64,000 bases of DNA from Oopsacas minuta (GCA_024704765.1 JAKMXF010000155.1:186001-250000), one strand, 5' to 3'. Counted from the stretch's first letter, positions 12,784 through 26,307 are shown. Translations and numbers: made by a program. The notes: generated by a model not told the origin, from the sequence alone.

Positions 12784-14400
12784 CTAAACAATAATTAAGT
12801 AAGAGATACAACACTGCATTTTCCTATTAAACACAACAAAATGAAGAAATGTTAAGAAATTATTTGTTAACACAAGTGAAACTTCCGTGGAACCGAGAAT
12901 TACACTTAAGTTTTGCTTTGTAGCACCTACATCTGTTAAATATACACTTGCTCGGACTATTACAATTGCATTTAGCAAAACATTGTCCACCAGAAGCTGA
13001 CTGAGCGATGACGGCTGAACGCAGTGACACTGTGATCTCAGTATTGATGCTGGTTGTCGATAACTAGCGTTGAGGACAAAGGTCAAACTGATTTCTTGAG
13101 TATTGTCCTTCAATTATCCAGATTATACACCAATTGTATACTGGTCTGTATTCAAGTCTCTGTGTGTGATTACGCCAAGGATATCTCGGGCATCCCCTCT
13201 CCCACGATCCAAAGTTGGAATTAAAACAACAACATTATCTTCAACTATCCCAGCTTGAAGCTTAAGTCTGCTACGTTTCACCATCATTTCAGCATGAAAA
13301 ACTTGTGCTGTGTGTGCATTTTCCCTATTTAACATGACCTGAGTCGTGTTCTTTTCAATAATTTGTAAGGGAGTTTGATTAGAAATGACTTCTTCAAATT
13401 CATTTCCAGTTCCGAGTGTTTTCTTCAGTGATAGTATCGTCGAGTTGCTTGATGTGATACTAGTATCACAGGGTTGCACGGATGTGATAGTAACTGGAGT
13501 GGTTAACTTATCGGTCGAAGCTGTAGGTGAGTCGCCAACAATAGCTGCCAAATTATAATCACCTTCTAGGGTGTTTATCACCTCTGATGGAAGAGACAGC
13601 GATGTTGGGCCAACACCTGCCTCACATCCAAACATGGTGGAATAAGTGGAGCCTTTGTTCCAGAATGAAAAGCGGAATTCTTTTGGAACTGTACAAATTT
13701 GAACCCAACAGTCCAATTTTGCGGCCAATTGTCTGCAAGCCAGGAAACAAGCATATCCTTTATATTTTCATTTGTGCGTTCCACAGAACCTCGACTTTGT
13801 GGATGGCGCGGCTTTCCATGAATCAGAGCGAAATTTAGCCACACTTGTTTCAGATCTGTAATCACACTGGCTGTAAATTCTGAGCTATTATCACTCTGAA
13901 GAATGGCGGGTGCACCCAGAAGCAAAAGATTTCCACAAGTTAAAATGCCAATTCAGCTGCACGCTTTGTTGTAAGAGGTTTGAGAACACACAACATTGTA
14001 AGATGGTCCTGCTAGACCAAGATCCATTTGTTTGTGAATGAGGTATAGCTTGCATATCTATTAGATCAACTTGACCCCTAGATGAGTACTCCTTGATAAA
14101 TATGGGACGTACAATAACAATAGCATTTGTTATAGGTCTCTTCCTTTTTCTTTTTGGCACTCCTCGCACAGGGATTTAGTGGTGATGTTGACATACTTTA
14201 GTTATAGTTCTTTGATCATTCGGTCCCGACCACCATGTCCAGTTGTAACATGCACACGTTTGATGACATCAAAGGTATCCTCGAGAGTAAGATAATAAAG
14301 GGGCGAATCATCCAGATGAGTACGTTTCTTGATAAGCTTTTCTAGATCACAACATTGGAGTATCTCATATGTAAAACCCAGTAGCAGTTGAATATAGTAA
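12784..14400 (-). pseudogene. Ginger integrase pseudogene, intronless
   Basis: HVTTGHGGRDRM...CEEC (HHCC finger); SRGQVDLIDMQ; ILQSDN; HGKPRHPQSRGSVERTN; PTLDRGRGDARDILGV; C-terminal Cys cluster. Multiple frameshifts. The 5' limit is approximate. Confidence 0.8.
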
Positions 14401-14860
14401 ATATATAATCATAGAGTTTTTTGGAAATTTCTTCTCTGCTCTCAGAAAAAAGTTTAACAATTTTTAAAAATTAAGACATTGCCAAATTATTCTTTTAGGA
14501 TTGACCCCCATTTCATTAGTTTCCTACTAACGTTGTTGGCGGGAAACTTAAAAAATCTAACTAAAATAACTTAGTAAGAAGATAGTAGTCATTTCTACTT
14601 TTCCTATGACTGAGAGCAGAGGCTGATTTCAGACTGTCAATGATTCTATTGTATTCGCTCTTTGGTATAAGTTACCTTTGTATATTCATCGTATCGTTGG
14701 AACAATTCGCGCTTGAATAATTCTTCCAGTTCGAGGCTTTCTGAAGAGATTCACAAATTGCGAAATAGAGATTTGAGTTGATAGTTATAAAATGGTAATT
14801 TAATCCTTTTGTATTTATATCATATTCTTACCCACAAGTTCTTTGAAATCCAAAGAAATA

Positions 14861-16214
14861 CAAGGTGGGCCGCGGGAAAGCGGTAGAAACAAATTTTGTA
14901 TAATTTCTAAACAAAAAAGATAAGTCAATTCTGTAAAAAGTATATTTAGGTTTATAAAGTGATATTTTAATTTTAATCTTGTAGAGTATATACCCATTAA
15001 TAAAATGCTCGATCCAGTTCCTATCTAAATATCTCACTTTTTGCAATCTCGTAAGGATATTTTCTGAGACTTTGTTCGTGTTTCTGCCTTGATCCGCCTT
15101 ATTACCCGACGAATGTTTCTCTTGAGGTCTTCAGTAGTCTCAGGGATAGGATTGGAGTAAACCTTGCTCTTCAGGTATCCCCAAAATAAAAATCACATTG
15201 GTTAGATCTGGGCTGTAAGGTGGTCAAAAGAAGTCGCAGTTTCGTGAAATCAGCTGTTTGTCAAATTTCTCTCAAAGAAAGTCAATAACAACTTTAGCAA
15301 TTGTAGGGGGTGCGCTATCTTGTTGAAATGTTATACTACCAAGTTCCTTACGTCTTCTGAGAGTTGGAATGTAGTAGGACTTTAACAAATCAAGATATCG
15401 GACACCATTCACGCTCACTCTTGACCCTGCATTATTTTCATAAAAATATTGACCAATAATCCTCTTGGAGCCACCGCCCACCAGACAGTGACCTTTTCTT
15501 GTGTTAAAGGCTTACTATCAAGTGGATCTGCCTTCTCCTCACCCCAAATCCTCATGTTCTGTTTATTAACATGTCCAGAAGGTGAAAATGAGCCTCGTCA
15601 CTCCAGTCAATATTACCGATGTCAATTTCCTTCTTCTCAACCTTCCCTGCGATAAGCTTTGCAAAAGTCAATCTATTCTCTATTTGGACAGTAGATTGCT
15701 TCTGTAGGATCTGTGTCTTATATGAGAAGAGATTGAGATCATCTACAAGAATCCTCCTGACTGTTGTCCAGGACAATTGAAGTTCTCTTGAAAGCCTCCT
15801 TGATGAACGATGTGGTGACCCGCAAGTTTCCGCTTCACTTTTTCGTTGTTATTGGGGGTCCTCATTGTCTGGCATGGTCCTGGTCTAGCTGTATTAACTA
15901 CAGTACCATTCTCTTCAAACCTCTTGACAATATGTTTGATGGTATCTGGTTTAGGAGCAGTTCTAGAGTTATAGAATCTTCTAAATCTTCTCTGCGTTGT
16001 AACTATGGAAATATGATTTTTGTAGTACCATTTGAAGACATTAGTCCTTTCTTCCAGTTCCAACCTTGTCATAAATTTCTATTGATCTAATTGTTAATTA
16101 AACACAAAATAGCATTCTTCTTGCTACAAAATGAAATGTTGGTATTCGGAAATGGACATAAGTGTGCCAAGTTGTGATCATTTTATTTCAACCAATTTCC
16201 CGTAGCCCACCCTG
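14861..16214 (-). mobile_element. Tc1/mariner DD41D (rosa/Visitor-like) element nested in Ginger copy 1
   Basis: TIR CAAGGTGGGCCGCGGGAAAGCGGTAGAAA versus CAGGGTGGGCTACGGGAAATTGGTTGAAA; TA on both flanks. Confidence 0.85.
14995..16072 (-). pseudogene. DD41D-type transposase pseudogene
   Basis: TQRRFRRFYNSRTAP; WSDEAHFHL; TFQQDSAPP...F*PPYSPDLT-CDF-LWGYLKSKVY after frameshift repair, giving 41 residues between the second and third D. Confidence 0.75.
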
Positions 16215-16862
16215 TAAGTGGTTACTATCAGAAATAGATGTTTACCTCACAGCTAATTATCACAGATATGTGAAATAAAATCAGGTAGCTATGCAATGGT
16301 GAATTAATGGAAACTACGAAATGTTCCAAAGTATTATATATTTCACACATTTATTGAGCTTTTGTGATAATTCAGGCATTTCACTTAGTAAATTCATGAA
16401 AAAACTAGGTCTATAATTTAGGAATTTCGTGAATTCCCTGGGTGAATTAGTAATTACAAGAATTTCCTAAAACAATCAGGGATTTCGCGAAAACAATTAT
16501 TTCACAATCTACTGTAACATATAAATTAAGTCAACCATTTTAGAACTGAGCCTCTATACTATGTAATTTTTATTAGTCGGCATAGTATAAACATATCCCA
16601 GTTATTATTTATCCCTCGGATAGCCAAAACCTACGAACGCTCCTAATCCCAATTGGTAGACCTTGAAGTCTGATAGGTCAATACATTTGACACCTATGTT
16701 AGTTACTTTTTGAGACCACTCAGATTTTGGAACTTGTTCCTTGACTAATTACAACTTTCAGTTCTGTAGCTCTTCCCAGTTCCTCATTCATTTCCGGACA
16801 AAAACGAAATAATACATCGAGTTAAAATATAAAAGATATGTAAATGTAACATCGTTGTACTG

Positions 16863-17170
16863 GCAAAAATTGGACCTTGTTCTATTTAGGAAAGTTGGAC
16901 AAATATTTTGTAACCTCGATTTTGTTATATTTAGGATAATTGTACCTATATTTGGGAAAATTTGACATTGTTGCATATAGGAAAAATTGTACATACTATA
17001 TATTTGCTAACATTAGACATTGGTCTATTTGGGATAAGTGGACAATGTTGCATTACCGAAAATCGGACATTCTCGTATTTTGATAATTGGACCTATATTT
17101 GCTAACATTGGGGATTGTAGCATTTGGGACATTTGGACATCGTTTTTTGAAAATTGACTTTGATTTGGGA
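16863..17170. repeat. Degenerate tandem repeat, about 12 units of 20-26 bp
   Basis: Recurring core AA(A/T)TTGGACA...TATTTGGG, e.g. AAAAATTGGACCTTGTTCTATTTAGG, ATAATTGTACCTATATTTGGG, ATAATTGGACCTATATTTGC. Resembles transposon subterminal repeats. Confidence 0.5.
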
Positions 17171-18045
17171 TTATTTACGATCTCTTTTCTATGCTTTTAT
17201 TTTCCATTCATTGTCCCATTATCCCAAATTATCATAGATTCCTGCTTCAATAACACATCCCATGATATTATTTGATGTGTTTGATTTGTATGTAATAACA
17301 TTATTAATTAATATAGTATAAATTTAGCACCCATAATGTTTGACAAGACGAAAATTATGCCGCCAAAATTCCCGTAAAAATACTACATCTGGTTGACTAA
17401 AATATGAAAAACAATTTAACCAAGAGTAAAAATATTTATGATACCCAGTGATCACTAAATGTGCCAAATAACTCCATTAAGGTTAGGTAAAATTTTCAAA
17501 TCTTGCTTTATAGTGTTAGCAACCGAACCAAACTATGAAATAAAACTCTCCAGAAAAATCCCTTGCCTGATCCCAGGTCAATTTTGACAAAATATTTTGA
17601 CCTAAATTTCTAAACAATCAAACATATGCGCTTACATTATGTGTCTTTCTACTAACAAAGAGCAGATATATCAAAATATAGGGGAAATGACGATTCACTG
17701 TAAGCAAAAATTTGATTTATCAGGCATATGGAGGATTATTCGAACTATTATTAGAGGTAATACGGATGTGGAGATAGATTTGAAAATATCACAATTCGAA
17801 TCAACATACTCTTCGATTATAAAACCCAAACTAGCCGTTGAAACTATTCTATCCATAACTTTGAATAAATGCCAAAGGGTATATGTAAAAATATGATAAA
17901 TCGGCAGCAGGACCAGGGTAGTACCAGGACATGCTTGGGCATGCCCTCCTTCTTGCCCTGCACTGCCTATAAAACAACCCTTGAACTGATAATCATTTTG
18001 ATTCATCCTGGCTGATCAGGGTTGGCGGGTTTCACACAGGTTTGA

Positions 18046-18388
18046 ACCTAAGTTGATTAATGCATCTTTCAATGAACACGATTACGTATAATACGTATTT
18101 TATAAAAGGTATTTACAATCGACAATTTTTGGTGACGTACTTCTATTGGGCCGATTTCTGCAATAGATATTATGCATGAATACAGTAGTTATGGGATTGT
18201 TAATGACAAAACTCTGCATAGTTGACCAAATTATATAATTGTTGACAATTATGTGTTCTATACAGTCTGAAAATGTCAAAATCTCCTATTTCAAGATTAA
18301 TCTGACGTGGTATAATTGAAAGTATTATTCATTCAAAGAAATCACGTATAACGTATTATACGTTATACGCATACTATACAACTTAGGT
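18046..18388. mobile_element. Unclassified 343-bp MITE with a 4-bp TTGA TSD
   Basis: Perfect 10-bp TIR ACCTAAGTTG/CAACTTAGGT; TTGA on both flanks; inverted subterminal ACGTATAATACGT motifs. Confidence 0.55.
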
Positions 18389-19224
18389 TTGAATTGGGCT
18401 GGACATAACCACTTTTGGGGTTAAACTGGCCTCAGCAGGGATTAAACTTCATTCTCAGTGAAACTGAGGACTATGTGGGGCTTATAGAAGGTATCGAAAC
18501 TTGTACGTACATGTTGTCGTAAGTTAGGAGGTCTCTTGGGCATGATTGGTGACTATAATCAATTAATAGCGGCCTGAGCTTGCTAGGTCGCTTTGCAACA
18601 GTTTACTGTTTTAGGTTAGCTGAAGTATATGACAGCAAATTACTTAGTAATTTGGCCGCAACGCGACGGAGTATGCTCAATACTTCGTGCTTCGAGCGTA
18701 TGAATAGCAGAAATTTTACAAATCCATCTACGGCCTTCGGGTTGAATACTGGAGGTGATACGTGGGTTTTTGGTTAATATTATGGGCACTATGTACTTCG
18801 AATATTATGAACTAATCAAAAATATCGAAATTATGGATAGGCCATGTAAAGTAATATACTTGTTTCTCATCTCTGCCTGTCCCAAATTTGTCCCAAATTT
18901 GTCCTACATTGGAAAGATTATATTTGTATGTTTCTAAAATTAAGTGCAATTATAGGTTTACAGATAGTGCAATCTAGAATTTACTACTTGTATACTCAAA
19001 ATTCCTTCTTTGAAATCTCAGAGAGAATGTGATGAGATAATAGAAGGGTCAAAATATTTTGCACATTATATCGCCGATAATAATATAAATAAAATACGGA
19101 CGCCGCCAAAGTGTTCCAAGAAATTCCGGATGAGAAACAAGTCTTCTATTTTAATATGGCCAAATTTTGAGATTTTGTACAGTTATGATGAAGTAATAAT
19201 CGCATGATAAGTTGGCATTCAGCA

Positions 19225-19495
19225 AAAGCATGACGTCAGGACATTAGGCACACTGTGGGGTCCTTGTGATTACACGTTCAAGCTTCTATCATGTATAGCG
19301 GCTGAGCTGTAGCTAATAATGTGATAATTCGAAAATCTAAAGGTGACATTTGAGTCATAATTCAGTCAAAGGTGTAAACTTACGTCCTAGACTAAAAATG
19401 GTCCGAGCCAGACCTAAAATACCCCTGTATGCCAAAGATCAGCCCTAAGGTCTTCCAGTTTCTTTAATCAATTCCGAACATACAACTATATACGA
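19225..19495 (+). repeat. Dispersed repeat family A
   Basis: Aligns with 41208-41470 in the same orientation (CATGACGT.AGGAC...GTCCGAGCCAG.CC.AAAATACCC.TGTATGCCAAA) and with an inverted partial copy at 22062-22135. Confidence 0.6.
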
Positions 19496-20724
19496 AAACT
19501 CATATGCATGTTGATTAAAACGTGTTTAACTCTCAGGGAGTGCCTAATTTCCGGCATGTGATGTTACGTGTCGTGTCCTTTAAGGTAGGCAGAATTGCCT
19601 ACATGAGTTTCGTAATTCCAAGGTCGAAATGCAACAAAGTTCGTTCGGATTTGAAATAAATCTGGTATTGGCGATTGTGAAATTGGTGTTGAGTGCAAAT
19701 AGGAACAGATGCATTTGCAATCATATGAAATCAACAACTGTAAATTTTCTGAATACCAGACATAAATCAACGCCTAGTACAAAACTTCATAAACTGCTCG
19801 ACCATCTAGAGGAATTCTTATTACTTGTGAATACAGATCGTCCAGATTCTTAACCTCCTGATTTGGGCTATTTGGCAGAATCAGCACTTGAATCGATTCA
19901 CCACAGATTTAAGAATCTTTTAACCCGTTTCCACGGGTTAACAAATTTATATGAAGTGGAGTGGAGTTCAATGCACAGAGTATTAGATATTTGAGAGAAA
20001 ACATAGAGAAAATAAGATCTAAGTATATTAGAAGTTCAGTAATTACAGAAACTTGCATATTGAAAATTACTATGATGTAGAATATTCATATAGTAATCGA
20101 GTAATTATTCACCGAATATGTATGTGAATTAGTAACTTGAAGTAACAATATTAGTATAAAATAATATTACATGAAGTGTTGTAGAAAATTATTGATTTCT
20201 AAATAGGGGGCCAAAAATTATTGTGTCCAACATCCACAAAATAACTACCATATTTTATCAACCAACGTTCACAAAGCTCGGAATCTTATGTATAACCCTA
20301 AACCATCTAGTTGTGGGATAGAAAGCGATTTTAGCGACCTCTACACCAGTAAAATTCATATTATACTCATGTCTTGTGTGAAATGAAATACTTGTAATTT
20401 TGTCCACAAAAATCATGGGAATCTCTATATACTTACACAATATTCCACTCAAACAGAGCTATAGCTAAATATTAGAGTATGTATCGTTGAATCGCACTCA
20501 AAATCCGATGACAGAGTTTGAGCATATAAATAGCTAAATAATGAAAAAATGCAGTATTCTACCTACAGACAGTGGGAGGGGCATAACTAAAGAAAAAGAT
20601 TTAAACCACCGATGAAATTTTGTTCTTATGCACCAATATAAAAGCAATCCAAAAAATTAGCGCATTTTATTGGTGTCTCTCCAAAGGATTCAACCTCAAA
20701 TTTCATGCAGTGATTCTATGTGTA

Positions 20725-22048
20725 CAGGGTGTATAATGATTGATGCGCTATATTTATATTTATGTATAACCTTTATATTTACACTAGTAAAATGAATCTA
20801 GTTTAATGTATCTTAATCTCTTACCTTTTAGTTATCAATACACATAATCTTTAATACTATTTCATCTAACTCGTGCTATTTATACGAAGATTAAGCTTTT
20901 TTCTTGAAAATTAGTCTATTAAATATGGTCAAAGAGCATCCTCTATCTTCTCGAAATCGAGTATTGGGATGTTAGAAGCAGGATTTACGCAAAGAAAATG
21001 CGCTAAGTGGGGCAGATATTAGCACAATCAGACGTTGGTGTGAGTCGGTACAAGAAAGGGGATCAGAATAAATAAAAGAGGCCGCCAAAATCATCAATCC
21101 ACTGTGAAAAAATTTTGCTAAATCAATAAATAAAAGAAACCAATCCACTCGAAAGCTTGCCAAGAGAATAACTGCTAGTGGATTTCCTATCACTCATGGC
21201 ACGGTTCATAATAATTTAAGGAAGACCCTTCAAGTTAAACCCTATAAGCGACAACAGCACCCGCTGCTGACCGAAAAACAACTTGCGGCCAGGCTGAATT
21301 TCTGTAAAGAACGGAGAAATTGGAATGTTGAAGACTGGAAACGTGTCCTATTTTCTGACGAATCTCCATTTGAAATTTTGTACCCTCCGAATCGACAAAA
21401 CGATCGTATCTGGGCTAAAGATACTTCACAAATTCCACCAGTCAAGAGGGTCAAATTTCCGAGCAAAATACATGTGTGGGGCATGATGTCTTACTGTGCA
21501 CTCTCAGAATTACATATTGTTCCCAAAGGACAAACCATAACAGCAGGATACTATGCAGAAGAGATTTTGAAGAATTCCCTCCTTTCTGCAATGCGAAGAA
21601 AGCGAAAAACTGGTAATGTTTTAAGCATAGCTATGCTGCCAGAGATGTCCAAATCCATCTTTCAACAGGATGGTGCACCTGCGCATCACGCAAAAATATC
21701 CCAAGAATGGTGTAAGAGCAACCTGAAAGGCTTTTGGGCTAAAGGTATTTGGCCAGGAAACTCTCCGGATCTAAATCCAATAGAGAACCTCTGGTCAATT
21801 CTCCAAACTGAGGTAGATACAATGGCACCTTCAACAAATACAGAAATGCTGATCAGGAAGGTAAAATTAGCTTGGTCCCAAATCCAACCGGATATTTTGG
21901 ACAAAATGTATAGAGGAATGCCCGAACGCATCAAAAAATGTATCAAACTAAAGGGGGGATATATAGGCAAATGAATTATTATTTATTCTTAACCCATTTC
22001 ATTAATAAATATTCTTGTATTAGAGGGCATCAATCATTATACACCCTG
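20725..22048 (+). mobile_element. Tc1/mariner DD37E transposon, copy 2
   Basis: Perfect 22-bp TIR CAGGGTGTATAATGATTGATGC; TA on both flanks. Confidence 0.92.
20925..21974 (+). pseudogene. DD37E transposase pseudogene
   Basis: MVKEHP start with several 5' frameshifts; LFSDESPF; IFQQDGAPAHH...WPGNSPDLNPIEN (37-residue spacing); ends GGYIGK like copy 1. Confidence 0.88.
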
Positions 22049-22061
22049 TATATGTCAATAT

Positions 22062-22135
22062 ATGTTTGTAAGTCCGGAATTGATTGAAGAAACTGGAAGA
22101 CCCTCAGGGCTGATTTCGACATACATGGGTATTTT
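22062..22135 (-). repeat. Dispersed repeat family A, inverted partial copy
   Basis: Reverse complement CAAAATACCCATGTATGTCGAAATCAGCCCTGAGGGTCTTCCAGTTTCTTCAATCAATTCCGG matches about 19415-19485. Confidence 0.55.
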
Positions 22136-23196
22136 GTATACTATGTTATTTGACAAGTATACAAATATATTTGTCAAGTAATTTAGTGACTAGAATCTTG
22201 TACAGGATTTTGAATAATTTTCCAGGAAAGTCCAGGAAGTCTGTGTGGAAACGCTCCAATGTATAGGATATAGACCTAATTATGCTGGTCACCAGCGTTA
22301 ATCTAGCATGCATTTGAAATATACATTGAAAAGTGTGAAAATATGATTGATGACCAAAGAGAATTGTAAAATGACTTTATAAAAATTCATATCCAAGGTG
22401 TAAATTAACGACCCAAAAAATGTATATGTGTGCAAATCTTCGTCTTACCCGACCGCAAGATTTCGAATGACAAGACCGATGGAGTTTGCACATCGTTCAT
22501 GCTCTTAGAGCAATTTCTATAGGAAGATCCCTATAGAAGTTGGACTAAAAACAACAAGCAAAAAACCATTGAATTACAAAACCTCTATATTCTTGGAAAA
22601 GAACCTATTTTTCTTCACTGTCATCGAATTAGTAGTTTGTGTAGTCTAAGACAACATAATTCAATAAGCATAATAACTAAAAAAATAACACTTGTATCAT
22701 CCCCTTGGCTCAAATTTTGAAACATACAATATTGTACAGTCTTGATAGGGGAGCTCGGCTCCCCAGGATTCCCCGCCTACTTCGCAGGCTGGTACCCTGA
22801 TAAAATAAGTAGATACTGTATGATGCAATAATACGTAGATTTTAGTGATTGTCAAAAATTTGTGACGAGAATAGGAAATTTATCCTGAGGGAATAATTTT
22901 CGTATCATATTTTAGGAGCTCTATTACAACTTCGGTAGGAGGACCCGGCCAAGTATCAGCTTACAAATATAAAGGTTTCAATATAGTTGTGTTGCTTCAC
23001 TCGCTGGGCTAGACTCATCTATATAGCGAAAGCAAGATTGTTTGGGAAACACGAGTTATCTCATTTCCAATTTCACAAGAATGATAGAATTCAAATTCAA
23101 TAGATATTAATAGATATTAATGGATGAATGATAAGCGAATTCTAATAGAATACTATTTTACTTGACTCAAAGCTAATTGAAAAGATAAATATGTAT

Positions 23197-24000
23197 TTAA
23201 TCTGGCGTAGTAGTTTGCTTGGTATCATCATCCTCAATTTTTGGTGCCAAATAGAATTTTAGATATCCAATGTCTTGAATTTGATACTCTACAACAAGTG
23301 GATGTTCAGTTTTGAATGATAATATCACTCTTGGAGCCAAAGAAGTTGCTTTGGTAAAAAAGTTTAAATATCTTAGAGCAAAAGTGAGAAGAACAGCCTC
23401 GTTAAGTTCAATATTTACGGTATCATCTAAATTTTCAGCTGTAATATTAGGTCTGAGACTAATTTTTCCTGAACCAATTGACCCTGATGATGTAAACTGT
23501 ACCCCATCTTTTGTACAAGCGATCTGAACTGATTCGCCAAGTAGTGACAAATCACGGCAAATACGTTGAAATTCATTAGAAGGCATTTTGACAATCGAAT
23601 CATATTCCATATCTGGAATTCCTAAATGTTCACTATCAATATTCATCAATTTTAAATCAAATTGTGACACCTTCTCAGAATTTGAACTTTCGAAAATGAA
23701 AGAAACATTATCGCTAGCTTCACTTGTACGAATAATTACAGAATCATCATTTGAAGAACATTTAAGAATTTTCGAAAGATTGGTAGAACTAAGACCCAGT
23801 GAAATATTCCGATCACATCTGTAAGGGTCAAACGCATCAGACTTGAGGTGTAAAGAAACCAAAGCAACATGACTGCTATCCATTCCTTGTAGACTAATTC
23901 CTGACCCTGAACATTCCCAATTTGCATCCTCGACAACATCTTTTATCGATTCAATTATCTTTTTCCAGAGAGACCCATTTAGTAGCCTTGCTTCAAACAT
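23197..24000 (-). CDS. PCNA: Proliferating cell nuclear antigen, 267 aa, single exon
   Basis: MFEARL start, QGMDSSHVALV, YRCDRN, LGIP, TFALRYL, YLAPKIE. K164, Y211 and K254 fall at their canonical positions by count. ORF is uninterrupted. Confidence 0.98.
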   Translation of the reverse strand: MFEARLLNGSLWKKIIESIKDVVEDANWECSGSGISLQGMDSSHVALVSLHLKSDAFDPYRCDRNISLGLSSTNLSKILKCSSNDDSVIIRTSEASDNVSFIFESSNSEKVSQFDLKLMNIDSEHLGIPDMEYDSIVKMPSNEFQRICRDLSLLGESVQIACTKDGVQFTSSGSIGSGKISLRPNITAENLDDTVNIELNEAVLLTFALRYLNFFTKATSLAPRVILSFKTEHPLVVEYQIQDIGYLKFYLAPKIEDDDTKQTTTPD

Positions 24001-24964
24001 CCAAAGAGATCTAAATTATGAATATTTCAAACAAAATACAATAAGTAAAAGATAATTAGGTAATACATAGCATTCCATACACTAAGGCAGGGATCTGTAA
24101 ACGTTTAGGGTTGGGGAAGCTTCACAATTTAAGACTCTCAGCGGGCCACAAAATTTCAAAACTGTATTCTATCCATAGCAAGCAGAATTAAATGCAATAT
24201 AGAATAAGCTGATCCAATTTTCACACTTTTAAATAATCATATTTAGATCTAGTTGTTGATTTATGGTTATTTACTATAAAAGTAAACAAATTACCAATTC
24301 TGAAAAACATTGAAAGGTTCCCGGATCTGTAAACACCTGCGATGAGTTCTAGTTGATCGTAATCTTTGAAATTTTTAGGAGGATATTGGAACATCGTCTA
24401 GTAACCAAAATGCAATATTATTCTAACAACTATATACCAGAAAACTTTTGAAATTTTATACTGGCCACTCAAAATATATTAAGAAAATTGAGCAAGGGTA
24501 TTTCCATAATCGACCTAGATAGTTGTTTCAAATCGCATAGAAAGTTAAGTAGGTGGATTAGAATATCGATTAATAGCAAGGAGCAACCATATTATACCTC
24601 ACTTTACTTGAAATATCAATTTATCTCAGGCTAAAGATTTTGAAATTTCAATAATCCTAACATTTCTACTTAAATTGTATGGCCTTTCAAATTACTTTGC
24701 TCAAGGGTGTGAGATCTCCCCCAAACCTTTGAGTTTTGTAATCTAGCATGTGTATGCCAAGTTATGCATTCTGAGGCATGAGAAAATGGCGGCTGTAAGG
24801 TTCATAGGAAAACGAGGAAGAAGAAACACCACTTTTTCCATGGAAAAAATTGTCATTTATTGCAAATAGTTTGTAAATTACATTACATATATGCATAAAT
24901 AGCTCATATACTCATAGTACAATATAGTATGTTTGATACCCATCCATATAGCGGCAATTCATGA

Positions 24965-25280
24965 GGTAATCTCATGTGTACCCCCCTCTGGAAGCCAAAA
25001 TCTGGTATACAGGGGGACGGGGGAAGTTGACCTTTAGGAGAAAATATCATAAAAACAATGTAAGCTTGGGCTATGAAATTTATACATCATGTCATAAACA
25101 TATAGTAAATACTATTCATACAATACTTCATATTTCATCAATTTTTACTAAAGGAGTGTCAATTTCGGTAACTTTACTCTTATGGCCGGGTTGTTTGAGG
25201 CCAAATTAGGGGATGCTAGCCAAAAATCTAAAATATCAGATAATATTTAAGATAGAGCTCTAAAATTTTTACCACTTCTT
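24965..25280 (+). repeat. Dispersed repeat family B
   Basis: Aligns with 37550-37830 (TACCCCCTC.GG.AGCC.AAATCTGGTA...AATATCATAAAAACAAT...TTTGAGGCCAAA..A.G.GATGCTAGCCAAA). Confidence 0.6.
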
Positions 25281-25373
25281 CATAAGATAAAGAACTATCG
25301 AAAATAGGAATAAAAGCAATTTAGGGGTAAAAGAGGAAAAAATTGGAAACTCGTGCTATACTAACCCCTTATG

Positions 25374-25680
25374 CAGGGTTCTATCTACTGAGGGTGGGGT
25401 CGGGGGAAGCTTCCTCCCCAAACACTTCAGCTTCCCCCCCCAAAAATCTCATAAAATGTACTATTAATCGCAATATATTATTCAATTGATAAATTATTAG
25501 AATATCAATTCATTGTGAAAATACTATTTGAAGTGTAAATAAATAACAAATGGGAAATCTTCATTATTAGGAATTAAATTAAAGGTTTGGTGTTTACTTC
25601 AAGGTTGTAATATTTTGATAATTGGGTACTAAGGATTTCAAAGCTTCCCCCCCAAATTTAACATCCTAGATAGAACCCTG
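25374..25680. mobile_element. hAT-type MITE (307 bp), no TSD
   Basis: Perfect 14-bp TIR CAGGGTTCTATCTA with GCTTCCCCCCC subterminal repeats. Flanks CCCTTATG and CTAGGGGA do not match. Confidence 0.7.
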
Positions 25681-26307
25681 CTAGGGGATATTCATTTTGT
25701 ATAATATATAAATTATTGTGATGTATTTGAATTGGCGAATTTGAATGTATTAACTGCATTTTACCCACACTGATTATTTGCCATATGTAATAGGAAGTGC
25801 GTAAATAATGTGAAGGCATAGCACAGAGGTAAGGAAACTATCACTGGTTGTGGTAATAGAGGTATAAACTGTCATGGTGAGGAGACTGTCATACAACATG
25901 ACAAAGGGTGGATCTGCATATCGATTGATAACATTTAGATCCCTGAAAAATTTAATACAGGTTTGTAGTGTTGGGAACCTATTGTTACGCTACGCACTGT
26001 CCTGTTGATTGGAATTCTCGGCTACCCTGGGACTCATGATTATTCTGCCCCGTGGCCAATAATTTCTCTCTGTGACCTTGCCTGGAACCTCTAGCACTAA
26101 TGCACTGCCAAAACTGTCCAGAATCACTGCATCATAGGATGAAAATTTCATTAAATTGCACAATGTCATCGGTAATAAGCTTATTGTTCTTTGTTGTTAA
26201 AGTATTATTTGTTAACAAATTCTACTAGCAAGGTACACAATATGGATTCACTAATATACAAACCTGTTAACACAGATTGTAATTTTAGATTTTGTATTAG
26301 CTGCAGT

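Larger units (their letters stand above)
12623..16519 (-). mobile_element. Ginger DNA transposon, copy 1 (KRBA2/SCAND3-like integrase), decayed, with a nested DD41D element
   Basis: TGT...ACA termini; about 100-bp imperfect TIRs (TGTTACAGTA...TTTTAGGAAATTC..GTAATTAC.AATTCACCCAG); 4-bp TATA on both flanks. Confidence 0.85.

Noticed and set aside
19225-22135. Family A inverted copies as TIRs of one large element enclosing DD37E copy 2
   Set aside because: The right copy is only about 75 bp, no TSD or defined tip was found, and a third copy at 41208 stands alone, so the arrangement is ambiguous.
23312-23939. Short ORFs overlapping PCNA, and 58057-58275 and 59534-59740 overlapping PPP6R
   Set aside because: Alternative or antisense frames of conserved genes with no supporting features.
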